A stretch of 64,000 nt of DNA from Acanthaster planci (taxonomy: Eukaryota). Within the stretch, counting starts at the first letter, position 1; each line of letters starts with the position of its first letter. The position numbers were made by a program, and so were the translations under genes. Positions 13,001 through 23,584 of the stretch are shown here, piece after piece. The stretch spans positions 584,938-648,937 of the forward strand of contig NW_019091356.1 of assembly GCF_001949145.1 (NCBI RefSeq), read 5' to 3'. The notes beneath the pieces are model-generated. The model ran no database searches. It was not told the origin of the DNA and saw only the letters and a program-made list of their open reading frames with translations.

Positions 13001-16000
13001 TCTTCAACCTTTCCTCTCAGCCCTAAGCCCCTCCCCAATGTTCCCCAATGTTTACCACTCAGAACTGAAGAGAGTTCCAACTGTCATACTTCTATCTATT
13101 ACTGTAAATGTACAGCTTACAACACCTCTAGAACAAACTAGCCACCCCTCAATGAAAGTAGACGGTGTGGTAAACTATGTCTGACCTTCCTGTTCATCAA
13201 TGGATAGTTCCTAAACTGACCTTGTAGCAAGAGCTTTCTGAGAGGTGACAGCATCTGGCTGTTCTACTTGTACACGTTTCAGTATTCTGCAAAGAGATTT
13301 TACAATGTCGCATTAAATCAAAAAGAAATTCATACGAATCCTTTTTTTCTGTCCAAGAGTCTACAAAATAGAACATACACTGAAAACAGTTTTTTTTTTT
13401 TTTTTCAAAGCCGGTTTATACTTCAGGCAAATGTGAAGCCAAAGCGAATATGACATCACAGAAGATTTGCAGCAAATGTTTGCTAAATTGAAATGTGTTC
13501 CACTTTTACGTCATGAATTTGCATTTGTGTTTGCTTTCGTACCGAGTATGAACAGGTCAGTTTTTACCTGGCTTGCGTATCTCTGGCCTTGGTCAGAGCC
13601 AACATGGAGTCTTCCATCTTGTTGGCATGGCGATGAACTTTGGCCAGCATCACTAATAACTTACAATCATCCATCATTGTGGACACATCGTTAGCTGAAA
13701 AGAGACAAGAAACAACAACTACCTGAAAAAAAATCTTTGGAGATGTCATTCAATAAATCTCCAAGGGTCCTGGAAATTATTGGTTTACAAGACCATTTCA
13801 TGTAATGAAAGTTCCAGTAATATTATGGTCCTATTACGGCACTTCAAAAATCTGAGATTTCTTGATTAACTAATTGGCACACTCACCAGATTCGTGATCT
13901 AAAGCTGTTCTTAGAACCTTCTCTGCTTTGTCAAAGTGTCGTAGCTTCAGCAACAAGTTGGCCAGATCATGACGAAGAAAACCCTGCCCTCCTGTCTTCA
14001 AAGCTGCCTCGTAATAATTGATTGCCTAAATGATAACAGGTTCATTATATCCAAGGACGGTTCATTATATCCAAGGATGGTTCATTATGTCCAAGGATGG
14101 TTCATTATGTCCAAGGATGGTTCATTATAGTCCTATTGGATGCACTCTGTCACTTTAGACCAAATCCACTGATTTTTATAACTATATTTTCCATTTAAGC
14201 CGAAAGAAAATAAATTCCCATGACCTACAAAAATAACCCATGAAGACAAGGCTCCAATCAATCAGTACATCTCTTACCTTTGTATACTGGTGGGTCTTGA
14301 TCAGTGCTGATCCAATCTTACTAGCGAGGGCGCTATCACGTGGGTTCTTCTTCAGTGCAGCTTCGTAGATCTCAATAGCCTTTTCTGGCTCTTGAATATT
14401 CATGTAAGCATCACCAAGGAGAAGGGAGGTCTCAGGACTACTCTGCTTCTCAACCAGTTCCCTGTCAAAGGTTACAGGTCAAAGGTTACCTTTAGAGAAT
14501 TCTGACCACAGCTATCATTTGTATGTTTGAATGTAAGGCAATAGATTAGGAATTTTAAACAAATAACTGTTGTATCCAGTGTTTTCTATGCTTTTCAGGT
14601 AATATAATGACAGAAAAGCAAGTTAACAAGCAATAAAATCCTGTCAGCAGAGCTTTGACAAGTCCAGAGTTAGTGTAAGTATTGTAAATGTTGACAATAA
14701 ACAGCTACTTAACACCCTTTACCTGCGTTATGGATTGAGTTACCTACCTGTAACAGCCTGCATACAGCCGTTTGTCTTTGCGATGATTCAGATAGATGTC
14801 TGCCATCTTGACTCGAGCTTGAACAAAGTAACTGCAGAAAGAAGAGTTATCAACGGCAAGTATGGGGTGTGGTTAGGTGTCAGATTCATGTTTTCTCAGA
14901 TCTTAGAATGCAGTCCTTACGAATCTAGGTTAGATACTTTGTGATTCGATCTGTTGATGAAAAGTCACTTCACTTTAAATGTTCATGTTCTGAGATTTAA
15001 ATGTCAAATGCAAGGCTGTCAGCTACAATTTGTGTCATGAAAAAGGAACGTCAAGTCAGACTGACATCAACAACAGGAAGCCATATTGGATACTATTAAA
15101 CCTGATCCCTTACCTTTGGGTAGGACCAACATTCCTGAGCATAGACAGAGCAAGTTCTGTATCCCCCCTGGCCAAAGCCAGGTCAGCATTGGCGATAGTC
15201 ACCCGTACTTCCTCTGGTGTACCACTGAACTCATTGATGGCATCTTGCATCACCTTAGCTGCCTCATGCTACAAAAGGAAGGAGAGATTGCATCATCATT
15301 TTGTAAGGTTGGAAGTGCAGAACCCAGGAATCTAACAATATCACAGATATTTCCTTCTAACATCTGTCACACCTCGAGTAGCGTTACACTGTACAATGTT
15401 TTAGATTCACTGGATGAAGTAACAAACAACAAAAAAGTACCACTGTGTTTGAAATGTGTACAAAGGAGCAATTGCTATAAATATGTTGCTTAGGGACACA
15501 AACAAGACTTGACATCATTACCTGTGCATCGGTCAGTCTATATGCCTCAGCTAGCTCCAAGTATACCGACACCCTGTCTGTGGTCGAGATGGGGAGGGCC
15601 TTACTGCCCCTTTTGGAGGCGGAGGCCGCCCTCTGTTTGACTCCTGGTAGCTGCATGGCGCTCTGCAGTGTCTTGATGCACTCGTCCAGTTGGTTCATCT
15701 TACGTTGGGCCTTAGCTTTGATCATATGATACAGCGGCATTTCTCGCACCTAAACACAATGAGTACATTGTTGCATGATAGAGATTTAAGCAGCAGAAAT
15801 CTTCAACCGACTTATTAATCCTTTTCAATTCCACATTAACCACACTAATTCAGTTTATCATTCTCACAGGTATTTGCATAAAACCTAACTGAACATGTTA
15901 CCTTACTGGCATGGACAATGAAACATTATTCACTACCCACAGGTATGTGAAAAAAATCCTATACAAATAAGAGAAGTGTTTCTACCTTAAGCTACAGATC

Positions 16001-19000
16001 TTGCTTTATGAAGTCAAGCAGTCACAGGAGTGAAAGTGAAAGGGATTACCTCAAAGTTGTAGCTCAATCCCATCTCAAGCGATTGCGAGGACTGCTTGTA
16101 ATTGCCAGCATGTAGGTGAATCTATAAGGATCAATAGGCAGTGGATTATTCCAGGAGAAAGAAATTGAGAACTCAATGAAAACTTTGTAAAAGTAGCCAA
16201 GTGACCTTTCAGATGCTACAACATGCCTAACTATTGAGACTAACTATTTTTCTCGGCGGTTATGTGAAAGTGATGATTACAATATAGTCAATAATTCAGT
16301 CTGTTACAAAGCAATCCTTTATATGGACATCACAATGCAAAATGCATTCTCTGTCACCTGACCCTGGTAAGCTTCGCTGCAAAGCAAATCAGACATCTGC
16401 ACTAACATGCAGGAGGTCAAAGGTTCAAACCCTACCCAAGTCTCCTTTCATCTGGCTCTAGTAAGCTTCATAGTAAAGTGATTCAGACATCAATACTAGC
16501 AAATACGTGGTATGGGTTCAAATCCTACCCAAGCCTTCTGTCATCTAACTCTGGTTAGCTTTATAGTAAAGTGCTTTAGACATCTGTACTAGCAAGCAGA
16601 GGTCATGGGTTCAAACCCAACCAAGGCATCCCATCCTCTAATATTTCAGTAACTAGGACCACACTAAGACATCCTTATACCTGTGCCATGAGGAGGTGAG
16701 CATCAGCAAACTGGAGATTACGATCAAGACAATGCTGAAGACTGCTCTGAGCCATGTCAATCTGACCAGACAGGAATCGAATGCGACTCAAGATATGCAA
16801 GGCTTCCAGTAAGCCAGGCATAGCCTTAGTGATGGGTTCTAGAATGGAAGCACATCGGCTGAGGATGGGGCTTACTGGCTGGCCAGGTGCCTGGGGCTGT
16901 AACAAAGAGAAAACAATAGAAAAAAAACACCATGGATGGATGTTTCAAGGCCTTCAACTTTTCAAATTCAGATGATTAATGACTTGTTTGGCAAATCTTT
17001 GAGTTTGTTTACCTCAGTGGGAGCAAAGGCTAGATACTCCTTGACCAACTCCAGCACAAAGTCTGGATTCATCTGGGTATAGTAGTCCATCCCGAGGGGA
17101 ATTCCCTTCAGAGCTGTAAAGTGGGTAGTGCTAGCCTCATTGAGTAGAGCCACTACCTCCTCTATAGGCTTGGCTCGTTTGTGGGCAAGTATAGCACGAA
17201 GGAATAGGATGTCCTGTAGGAGACACCAGTAAAGCAAAATATCATACACTACCAGTATGACAGGAACAAAATACTTCATGAGTTTCTGAGGCCATCCCTT
17301 GACTAACCATCATCAAATGGCAGGGTGCCAGTGTTTCTTACCGCTGATTTGCCGATGGATTCCTGGATCTCGCTAAGAAATTCCAACTGTTGTTCAGCAT
17401 CATCGAGATGATCCTCTAATAGCTGGCACTTGATGATACCTGGAGGAAATCAATAAGGAGAAGATATACAGACTGGTCTTACATGCTTTCAATACAGGGC
17501 AAGCTCGGGCATGAACTATAGTTCGACCATTAGTCAGATGCTTTTTAACAATTCACATTCAATTAAGTTACAGTCCAACGACCCTAGTTGGCCTATTTTT
17601 AAAAATCTCATCAATACGCACATTACACCGTTGGCTGCAAATTTTACAGCGTACATGGTCATTGAAATCTCGTAGAATTATTTTTATGTGAATGGTTCCC
17701 TCTGTAATGTTAAATGAAATTGGCTAGTGATAACCAGCCTTTGGCCTAGAGCAATCACTTACTCAACCTGTGATTTATGTTCTCACCTGTAAGTGCAGCC
17801 ACACTGGTTTCATCTAACTTCATGGCGTTACGGTAGAACTTCATAGCTTCCTTGGGTTTATTCTTAAGCAGCAGCTGGTAACCCAATTCTGTCTTATATT
17901 CTGCATTGTTAGGCTCCAGTGCTACGGCACGCTCAACCATTGTAGATGCTTGCTGTAGGACTTGAGCGTTACGACCACACTGAGAAAAAAGAATCAAGTA
18001 AGTTATAGTGATCAATTAAGGGGGTACGCGTACTTTGGAAATACCAGGTATTTTTTCTATTATCAAGTGTGTGATAAAACTGACGATGCCACACAATGAT
18101 GTGCTTTGGGAGGAGAGGCAATTTCAGGCATTTCTCATCCATATAAAGGACATTTTGACAAATTTAGAATTTGATTAAATTTAGAAAAGAAAACAGGAGT
18201 ATCTTTAACTAGGACGTTGGGAGCTAGACCTTCTTTTTATGAGCTAGGGGTCAAGTTTAAGCCCCTTAACCCCCTAGATGAGGTTAAGGAACTGGGAAGT
18301 GTAAATACAAGGAAGTTGATGGAGACAGCTAAACTCACCACTCTACTGTAGACTAATGACAGGTGCCAATAGATGTAGCCATTCTTGGGTTCAAATCGAT
18401 CCAGCAATTGGATCAACTCACCCAGGCGAAGCACAGCCTAAAATCATCAATAATCAATCATGTCATACTTTGCAAATGAGGGTCATGAGTTTGCTTCAAG
18501 TTGCTCATTTATATTTGGGATTTTTTTAAAAACATTACCGGATACTTTTTAAGTGACTGAGACAATGTCAATTTATTTGTCAAAGCTCTTAAGGATGCTG
18601 GTCTTTGTAGTTGAAGCTGATTTGTCAAGGTACAAATTGGTTTCCAGTGGAATGAACTGTATGTCAACTCCACTGGAAGGCTTTGTTCTCAGGTTTATTT
18701 TTTTTCTGGGATTACCTCTTCGTAGTTTCCGTCCCTGCATAATAGATGTAGGATCTCCACTCTGATGGCTTCAAAGCAGTTAGACTGCTGACTCAATGCC
18801 CTGCAAGAATCAAGAGAGCAGGTGGGTCAATGACAGGTGAGCCAGTTTCTTGAACCTACTTGGCAGAGTATTGATAACCTGTTTCTGACAAACTCCAATG
18901 TTCCTTTACTTGAATATTTTACCGCAGCACGTTTTGCTCCTTGGAATGGAACACATCTGTCTTCTCTCTCCTCTTACCTTTGAGCTGTCTCCAGGGTCTG

Positions 19001-21623
19001 TTCCCAATCCTGCAGTGCCATCAGGAGTCGCATCTTCTCAATCAATGCCGGCATGAAGCCGGGGTAGGACACCACAGCTTGGTTGATTTGGTCCAGAGCC
19101 CCGCTGTAGTTATGTCTTAGGGTGAAGTAACGAGCCTTGCCTATCAGTGCTTCAACGTTCTTGGATGCACCACTGAAGACATACCAAAAAATCAGTTTCA
19201 AATCCCATCAAGAGCTCAAAATGAACAATTCAGCTATAGTCTTCTGCCTTTTACCCAAAGAAAGTGGTTTGTTATTGAGAATTTCTTAATGCCAATACTT
19301 CAAGATTTGAAATTTATATCAACAGCCATTCAGATCTTGCAAATGAAAGTTATTCTACCTCAGTGCTTCTTCAAAATATTTGCCCGACTTCTTGACATAA
19401 GCATCCCTGCCACAGGTAAGATCAATCCAGCCTCGAAGAACTTGGCCCTGTTCAACAAGAAGAATAAATCCATGAAAGGAGCCCCTTAATCAAACGCTTC
19501 ACCCCGAATTTCATGGGAAGCATAGCCCTTTTATAGTTTTGGTCAATGATATTGATGTGTCCTCAGAGACTGAATTCTGATTTTTAGAACTTTTCTACTT
19601 GAAATGGAACATCAATGCACATAAATGTAACAGTTGAACTACAAACACAATCAATTCCATCCAAGCTCCAGCCCACCTGTTTAGCTCCTTGAGATATCTT
19701 CAGCATTCTATCCACATACTCCCTGGCCTTGTCATGTCGTCCTGTGTGCCACAGAAACGTTGCCGCAAAGTACAGCCCCTAAAATGCAACAGCAAACACC
19801 CAGCATCATAAGTCAGACCTAGTTTAGGATGTGTCTCTGAACTAGGAACTTTTTTGAAATGTTTCACTCTGTTGAGATCCCTCAGAAATGATGTGGTATC
19901 TGCATATTTATGGACAAAAACATCTCAATACCTTCTCCCCTGTCCGTTTTCTCTCTTCCTTCAGTTTGGCATCTAATTCCTGAACTGCTTCTCGATCTGT
20001 TTGTGTCAAGACAAAAGTCACAAAATGTGGATTTTAAAAAAAAAGAAAATCAATCTAAGATCTTCATTAACCCTAATCCTCCAGGGTATTTTGGCCAGAA
20101 ACCCTGTCAGACATCATTGGCCATCATTGGTCTCAACATGGCCAGTTTGTTCAGCTGCTATTGATTGCCCAGTGCATCAAAGTGCATCAGACTTTGACAC
20201 CTGTTTCACTATGCTGCGTCTAGCAGGGTTAGGGTTCAGGCTGAGAATCCTCACTGCTAAAATCAGTTTGGAGATGGTCCCTAACCACAGGGGACTTCAC
20301 TAAAAAGTCCTGACAATCCTCCCTCTACCAACTAGGACTTACCTACAGTCTTGCACCTCTTGTGAGAGTACATTAGAGCCATGGTGGAACACAGGATCAA
20401 GTCAGGCTTGTCTTTGATAGCTTCAAGCTCACGCATACCCTCAGCAATACGATCTATGACAGCCAGATCAAGACAAGACAGCTGAGCTTTCATTAGGGTA
20501 GATGTTAGAGTCCAAGGAGATAAGACAGTCATTTAACAACCTTATTACCCATAGAAGACTATCTATAATGTATAGTGCAGATATTACACAAATATTGACT
20601 GCTTCCAGTGGTATAGTAAAACTAGTCTCCCAGGGTGATCCATGAAGCATTCGCCAAAGCAAATAGTATGCTCCATGGATCACCGAGGGACACTAGTTCT
20701 ACTATACCAAGAGATAAAGCAGTCAGTGTTTGTTTTATAACACCTCACCCACAGGTTTATGCTAGGAGCAGAAATGCATGCCGGGGTACTATTCATGGTT
20801 TCATTGCTAGGGACATAGTTCTTTGGTTGCTACGGGTAGAGTTCTTTTCAAAGCAACGCTGCATGTGTATAGTCTTTTTGAAGTGGTGGTACAAAATAGT
20901 AAAACTAGAAAGTGTCACATGACACACTTTTGGCCAATCAAGATGCAGCATCCGTGGGTGAGGTGTTATAAAGTCATACATACAGCAATCACCATACACA
21001 ATCATCCTTCAAAACAGAAGTATGAATGGGTAATCTACCAATCCCCGGTACATGTACAGTATCCTTGTCAGGTGGGAGCCAAAGCTAGAGACAAAAATCA
21101 AGGTCTACAAATGCTCTGTAAAAGCCTTGAGTACTTGCCTTCAAGTATAAGGCCATATGCTTTGAAGAACTGCAATACAGGATCAGCGCCATATTTCTTG
21201 ATAGCTTCAAGAGCCACTGTCTGCATATGACGATACAGCTTCTCCTGACAATAGTAATTGATAGCAGCCTGGCCAAAACCAAACAGAATAACCCAGTCAG
21301 AAAGATGATCTCAACAATCTGAAGAACCTCTTCCATCCATTTTCTAACTGGGTATTTTCCACCTTAAAATCCTTCTACCACAGTATTACCAGAACTGTAG
21401 GCCTATTTTCCAGTTTTGCATTCTCCAGAACAGCTTACTTTTGAAACCATTTCCCTGAGAGATAACTATATGCAACATGGCATCAAAAACATTACCAAGC
21501 ACAAGCAGTTCAAAATGTCAGTCAGTGGAAACTTACAATACTGGACCAAAATAAGAATTGCATTCATTTTTGTATTTTATTTAAGCACAACATTACCAAT
21601 GTAGTGGCATCAGTGTCTGCCAT
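7031..21623 (-). CDS. TTC21B: Tetratricopeptide repeat protein 21B / IFT139 (IFT-A subunit, retrograde intraflagellar transport); complete, 31 coding exons, 3957 nt, ~1318 aa
   Basis: Coding exons in transcript order: 21597-21623, 21139-21268, 20343-20453, 19932-19996, 19677-19778, 19359-19447, 18978-19172, 18716-18800, 18339-18437, 17787-17979, 17342-17439, 17013-17213, 16681-16896, 16050-16121, 15522-15749, 15114-15268, 14748-14831, 14278-14461, 13887-14025, 13568-13694, 13221-13286, 12745-12958, 12094-12175, 11702-11852, 11336-11497, 11129-11192, 10599-10724, 9739-9852, 9095-9205, 7674-7794, 7031-7176. All phases join in one frame. Recognisable TTC21 peptides: [123 protein letters not shown]...[13 protein letters not shown]. 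Confidence 0.96.
7848..8637. mobile_element. MITE of the GGGCCAATTTCA family, host to a nested TTAA element
   Basis: GGCCCAATTTCAC at 7848 and TTGAAATTGGGCT ending at ~8637; internal AAGCA/AGCACAAAAATT motifs resemble the 1183-1427 copy. Confidence 0.65.
7917..8460. mobile_element. non-autonomous TTAA-flanked (piggyBac-like) element, copy 1
   Basis: TTAA|CCACTTGCTGC ... GCAGCATGTGG|TTAA; internal sequence shared with 9960-10549 and 45476-46051, e.g. CCCTATTGAAAAGAGGTCAGCAG. Confidence 0.8.
9960..10549. mobile_element. non-autonomous TTAA-flanked (piggyBac-like) element, copy 2
   Basis: TTAA|GCACTTGCCGCCGGGG ... CCCAGCCCGAAGTGG|TTAA; long near-identical blocks with copies 1 and 3. Confidence 0.8.
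13409..13559. mobile_element. short degenerate MITE (Harbinger-like termini) in a TTC21B intron
   Basis: GCCGGTTTATACT ... GAGTATGAACAGG imperfect inverted termini; internal GCAAAT/TTTGC inverted motifs. Confidence 0.45.
14039..14129. repeat. 20-bp minisatellite, ~4.5 copies
   Basis: GGTTCATTATRTCCAAGGAY repeated in tandem. Confidence 0.9.
16363..16626 (+). repeat. three tandem ~90-bp degenerate tRNA/SINE-head-like units
   Basis: Each unit ends GGTTCAAA(C/T)CC..ACC(C)AAG (B-box/T-arm-like) and starts with an A-box-like GGTAAGCTT/GGTTAGCTT...GTAAAG. Confidence 0.55.
20540..20975. mobile_element. palindromic non-autonomous element (Crypton-like architecture)
   Basis: A long internal inverted repeat at ~20590-20730 (GACTGC...GGTATAGTAAAACTAG...GGTGATCCATGAAGCA / TGCTCCATGGATCACC...CTAGTTCTACTATACC...GCAGTC), plus an 18-bp inverted pair TTATAACACCTCACCCAC (20735) / GTGGGTGAGGTGTTATAA (20954). 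Confidence 0.55.
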
Positions 21624-21685
21624 GCTGATTGTAGATTTCAATGTTTCCAGACAAGTTTCAGGCACACTCCAGCCACTACAAGAAC
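21597..21685 (-). other. TTC21B: TTC21B exon carrying the start codon (5' UTR + MADTDATTL)
   Basis: Acceptor-like ...TTTAATGGCGCAG| at 21686-21687; ATG at 21623; donor GTAATG at 21596. Confidence 0.6.
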
Positions 21686-23442
21686 CTGCGCCATTAAATC
21701 TGACCCAAAAAAAGAACGATGTCAGTTTGAATGCACTTATAATGACACAGGCTTACACCCTAACTAAGGTTGGATGATGTTTTGATTCCATTTTAATTAA
21801 TGCCCAGGGTATCAGTTCATCCTATCATAGCAAACTTCTTTACAACACTTTCTTTTTCGCACTTATATCTGACGGAGGTAGCAGAAATTTGGTTCGCAGT
21901 TCGCAGTTATGGGGTTTGTTGTCACTCCATGCTCCAACATTAGTGTGAACTCAAGCAGGGTGTGGTGGTGAACTCCATAGTTCCAGGGGTAGGGCCTAGG
22001 TTGACGTAGGCTAAATTATAAAGTCAGGCTACCTACATGTAGCTCCTTTAATTTTCTTCATTGGCAAGATGGCATATACTTGTTACATTTTTCCTCCGTT
22101 GGACTGTTCTTCTTTGACTCATGGAACAGGTTACATACACGAACGCTGCTTGACACCCTGTGCACAAACCCAGGCCTTGTATGAGACTGGCAATATGACT
22201 GGTCTGAAAAATTTGAAGTGTTTTCCAAATGAATGCCTTCATATTTTCACTGCTAAATTTGACTTTTAAGGAGATTTCATTGCTTTCTGATAGATAACAG
22301 GTTACTGCAGGGAAAATTGGTGGTGTCCTTATATGGAATTCCCCTCTGACTCACTCCCTCAATTGTCACATTTTAGAAACTAAGAGCTTGCCAACAATCC
22401 TACAATTGGAAAGAGTTCCATGATCATGATATACGGATGCCGTACTTCCAGAACTGTAAGGTTTATGCAAACCTTAACCCTGATCAGCAGCTTATAACTC
22501 CCAGTCCCCTGTACAGTGGCACAAGGGGGTGTGACCTCAATCGTCCAGAGCTAGTCTGGGGGTAAATTTCAGTCTGATGCACAAGTCCCATCTTTACCCT
22601 CGCTAAAATGATTTGTTTCCACTGCTGCAACGACTGTTTCCAGTGGCCTACGTGTAATGTGTTGTCCAATGAAATGTCCTGTCCACGTGACATGTGAATT
22701 AAGAGACTAAGTTGGTGAACGTCACCAACACACCATTCAACTAATAGAAATTTTTCTTTCATTCGAGAGCGAAAGGAAACTGAATAGAATGAGATGGGAG
22801 CTATGTTGTAATTGGTGAAGCTGCCACACTGATGACAACAATGACCTTTCAAATGACATGACTGGGTGAGCTAGGCAGGCAGTCATGGACACAGGTGTGG
22901 GTACGGAACAATAAATTTCACCATTTTAAATGGTATAATGTAAATTAACCTCCCTGTCCCATACAAAATTGTATCCCGGGAGACCTCACGAAATTATAGG
23001 GGCAAAATCGGTGTAACAGCATAGAAATTTCACACAAACCGAAGTAGCACCGTATGTCGGATAGGCCTATGACAGTTTATGTTGCCATCTGTACTAGTAC
23101 TAGTAGTAGTACTAGTAGGCCTGAGGCAAGTCGTATAAACCTAAGTTATAGTTCTGGAAGTACGGACGCCATTTGAGACCTGTGCACAAACCCTACGAGA
23201 CTGGTCGGAAAAATTGTGATTTCTAAGTAAACAACTTGTTTTCTTCCTTCCTAAATTGAATTTTTCTGGACGCGTTCAAGTGTTGGTTTCTGACGGCTAA
23301 ATACTTGTGGAATGGAAATGTCCACCGGCCGCTGCGACTAAGCTCGAGCATCGTGGTCGAGAAATTACGGTTAATTTATTCAACATTCCTGACCAAAACA
23401 AATCTTTTATGGACGTCAACGTCACCTTTACGATGTACTTAC

Positions 23443-23560
23443 AATCGTGTAGAAAATGTAGAGAGAAAAACAGGCAACTGATGCACAATTACAGTTGATA
23501 AATAATGACACTGCAAACGACGTCCCACAACCGCTCCAGCGACTCATTTCTCACGCAAAA
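23443..23560 (-). other. putative non-coding first exon of TTC21B (5' end approximate)
   Basis: Consensus donor |GTAAGT at 23442 inside the CpG-rich stretch ~22960-23680, just downstream of an X-box-like site. Confidence 0.45.
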
Positions 23561-23571
23561 ATGTGTTGACA

Positions 23572-23584
23572 GGATCTAGGCAAC
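23572..23584. promoter_or_regulatory. RFX X-box-like element in the TTC21B promoter
   Basis: GGATCTAGGCAAC (reverse GTTGCCTAGATCC) contains a perfect GGCAAC half-site. RFX X-boxes typically sit near the TSS of IFT genes. Confidence 0.55.

Noticed and set aside
16363..16626. Functional tRNA genes
   Set aside because: No complete cloverleaf or acceptor stem; recorded only as tRNA-like repeats.
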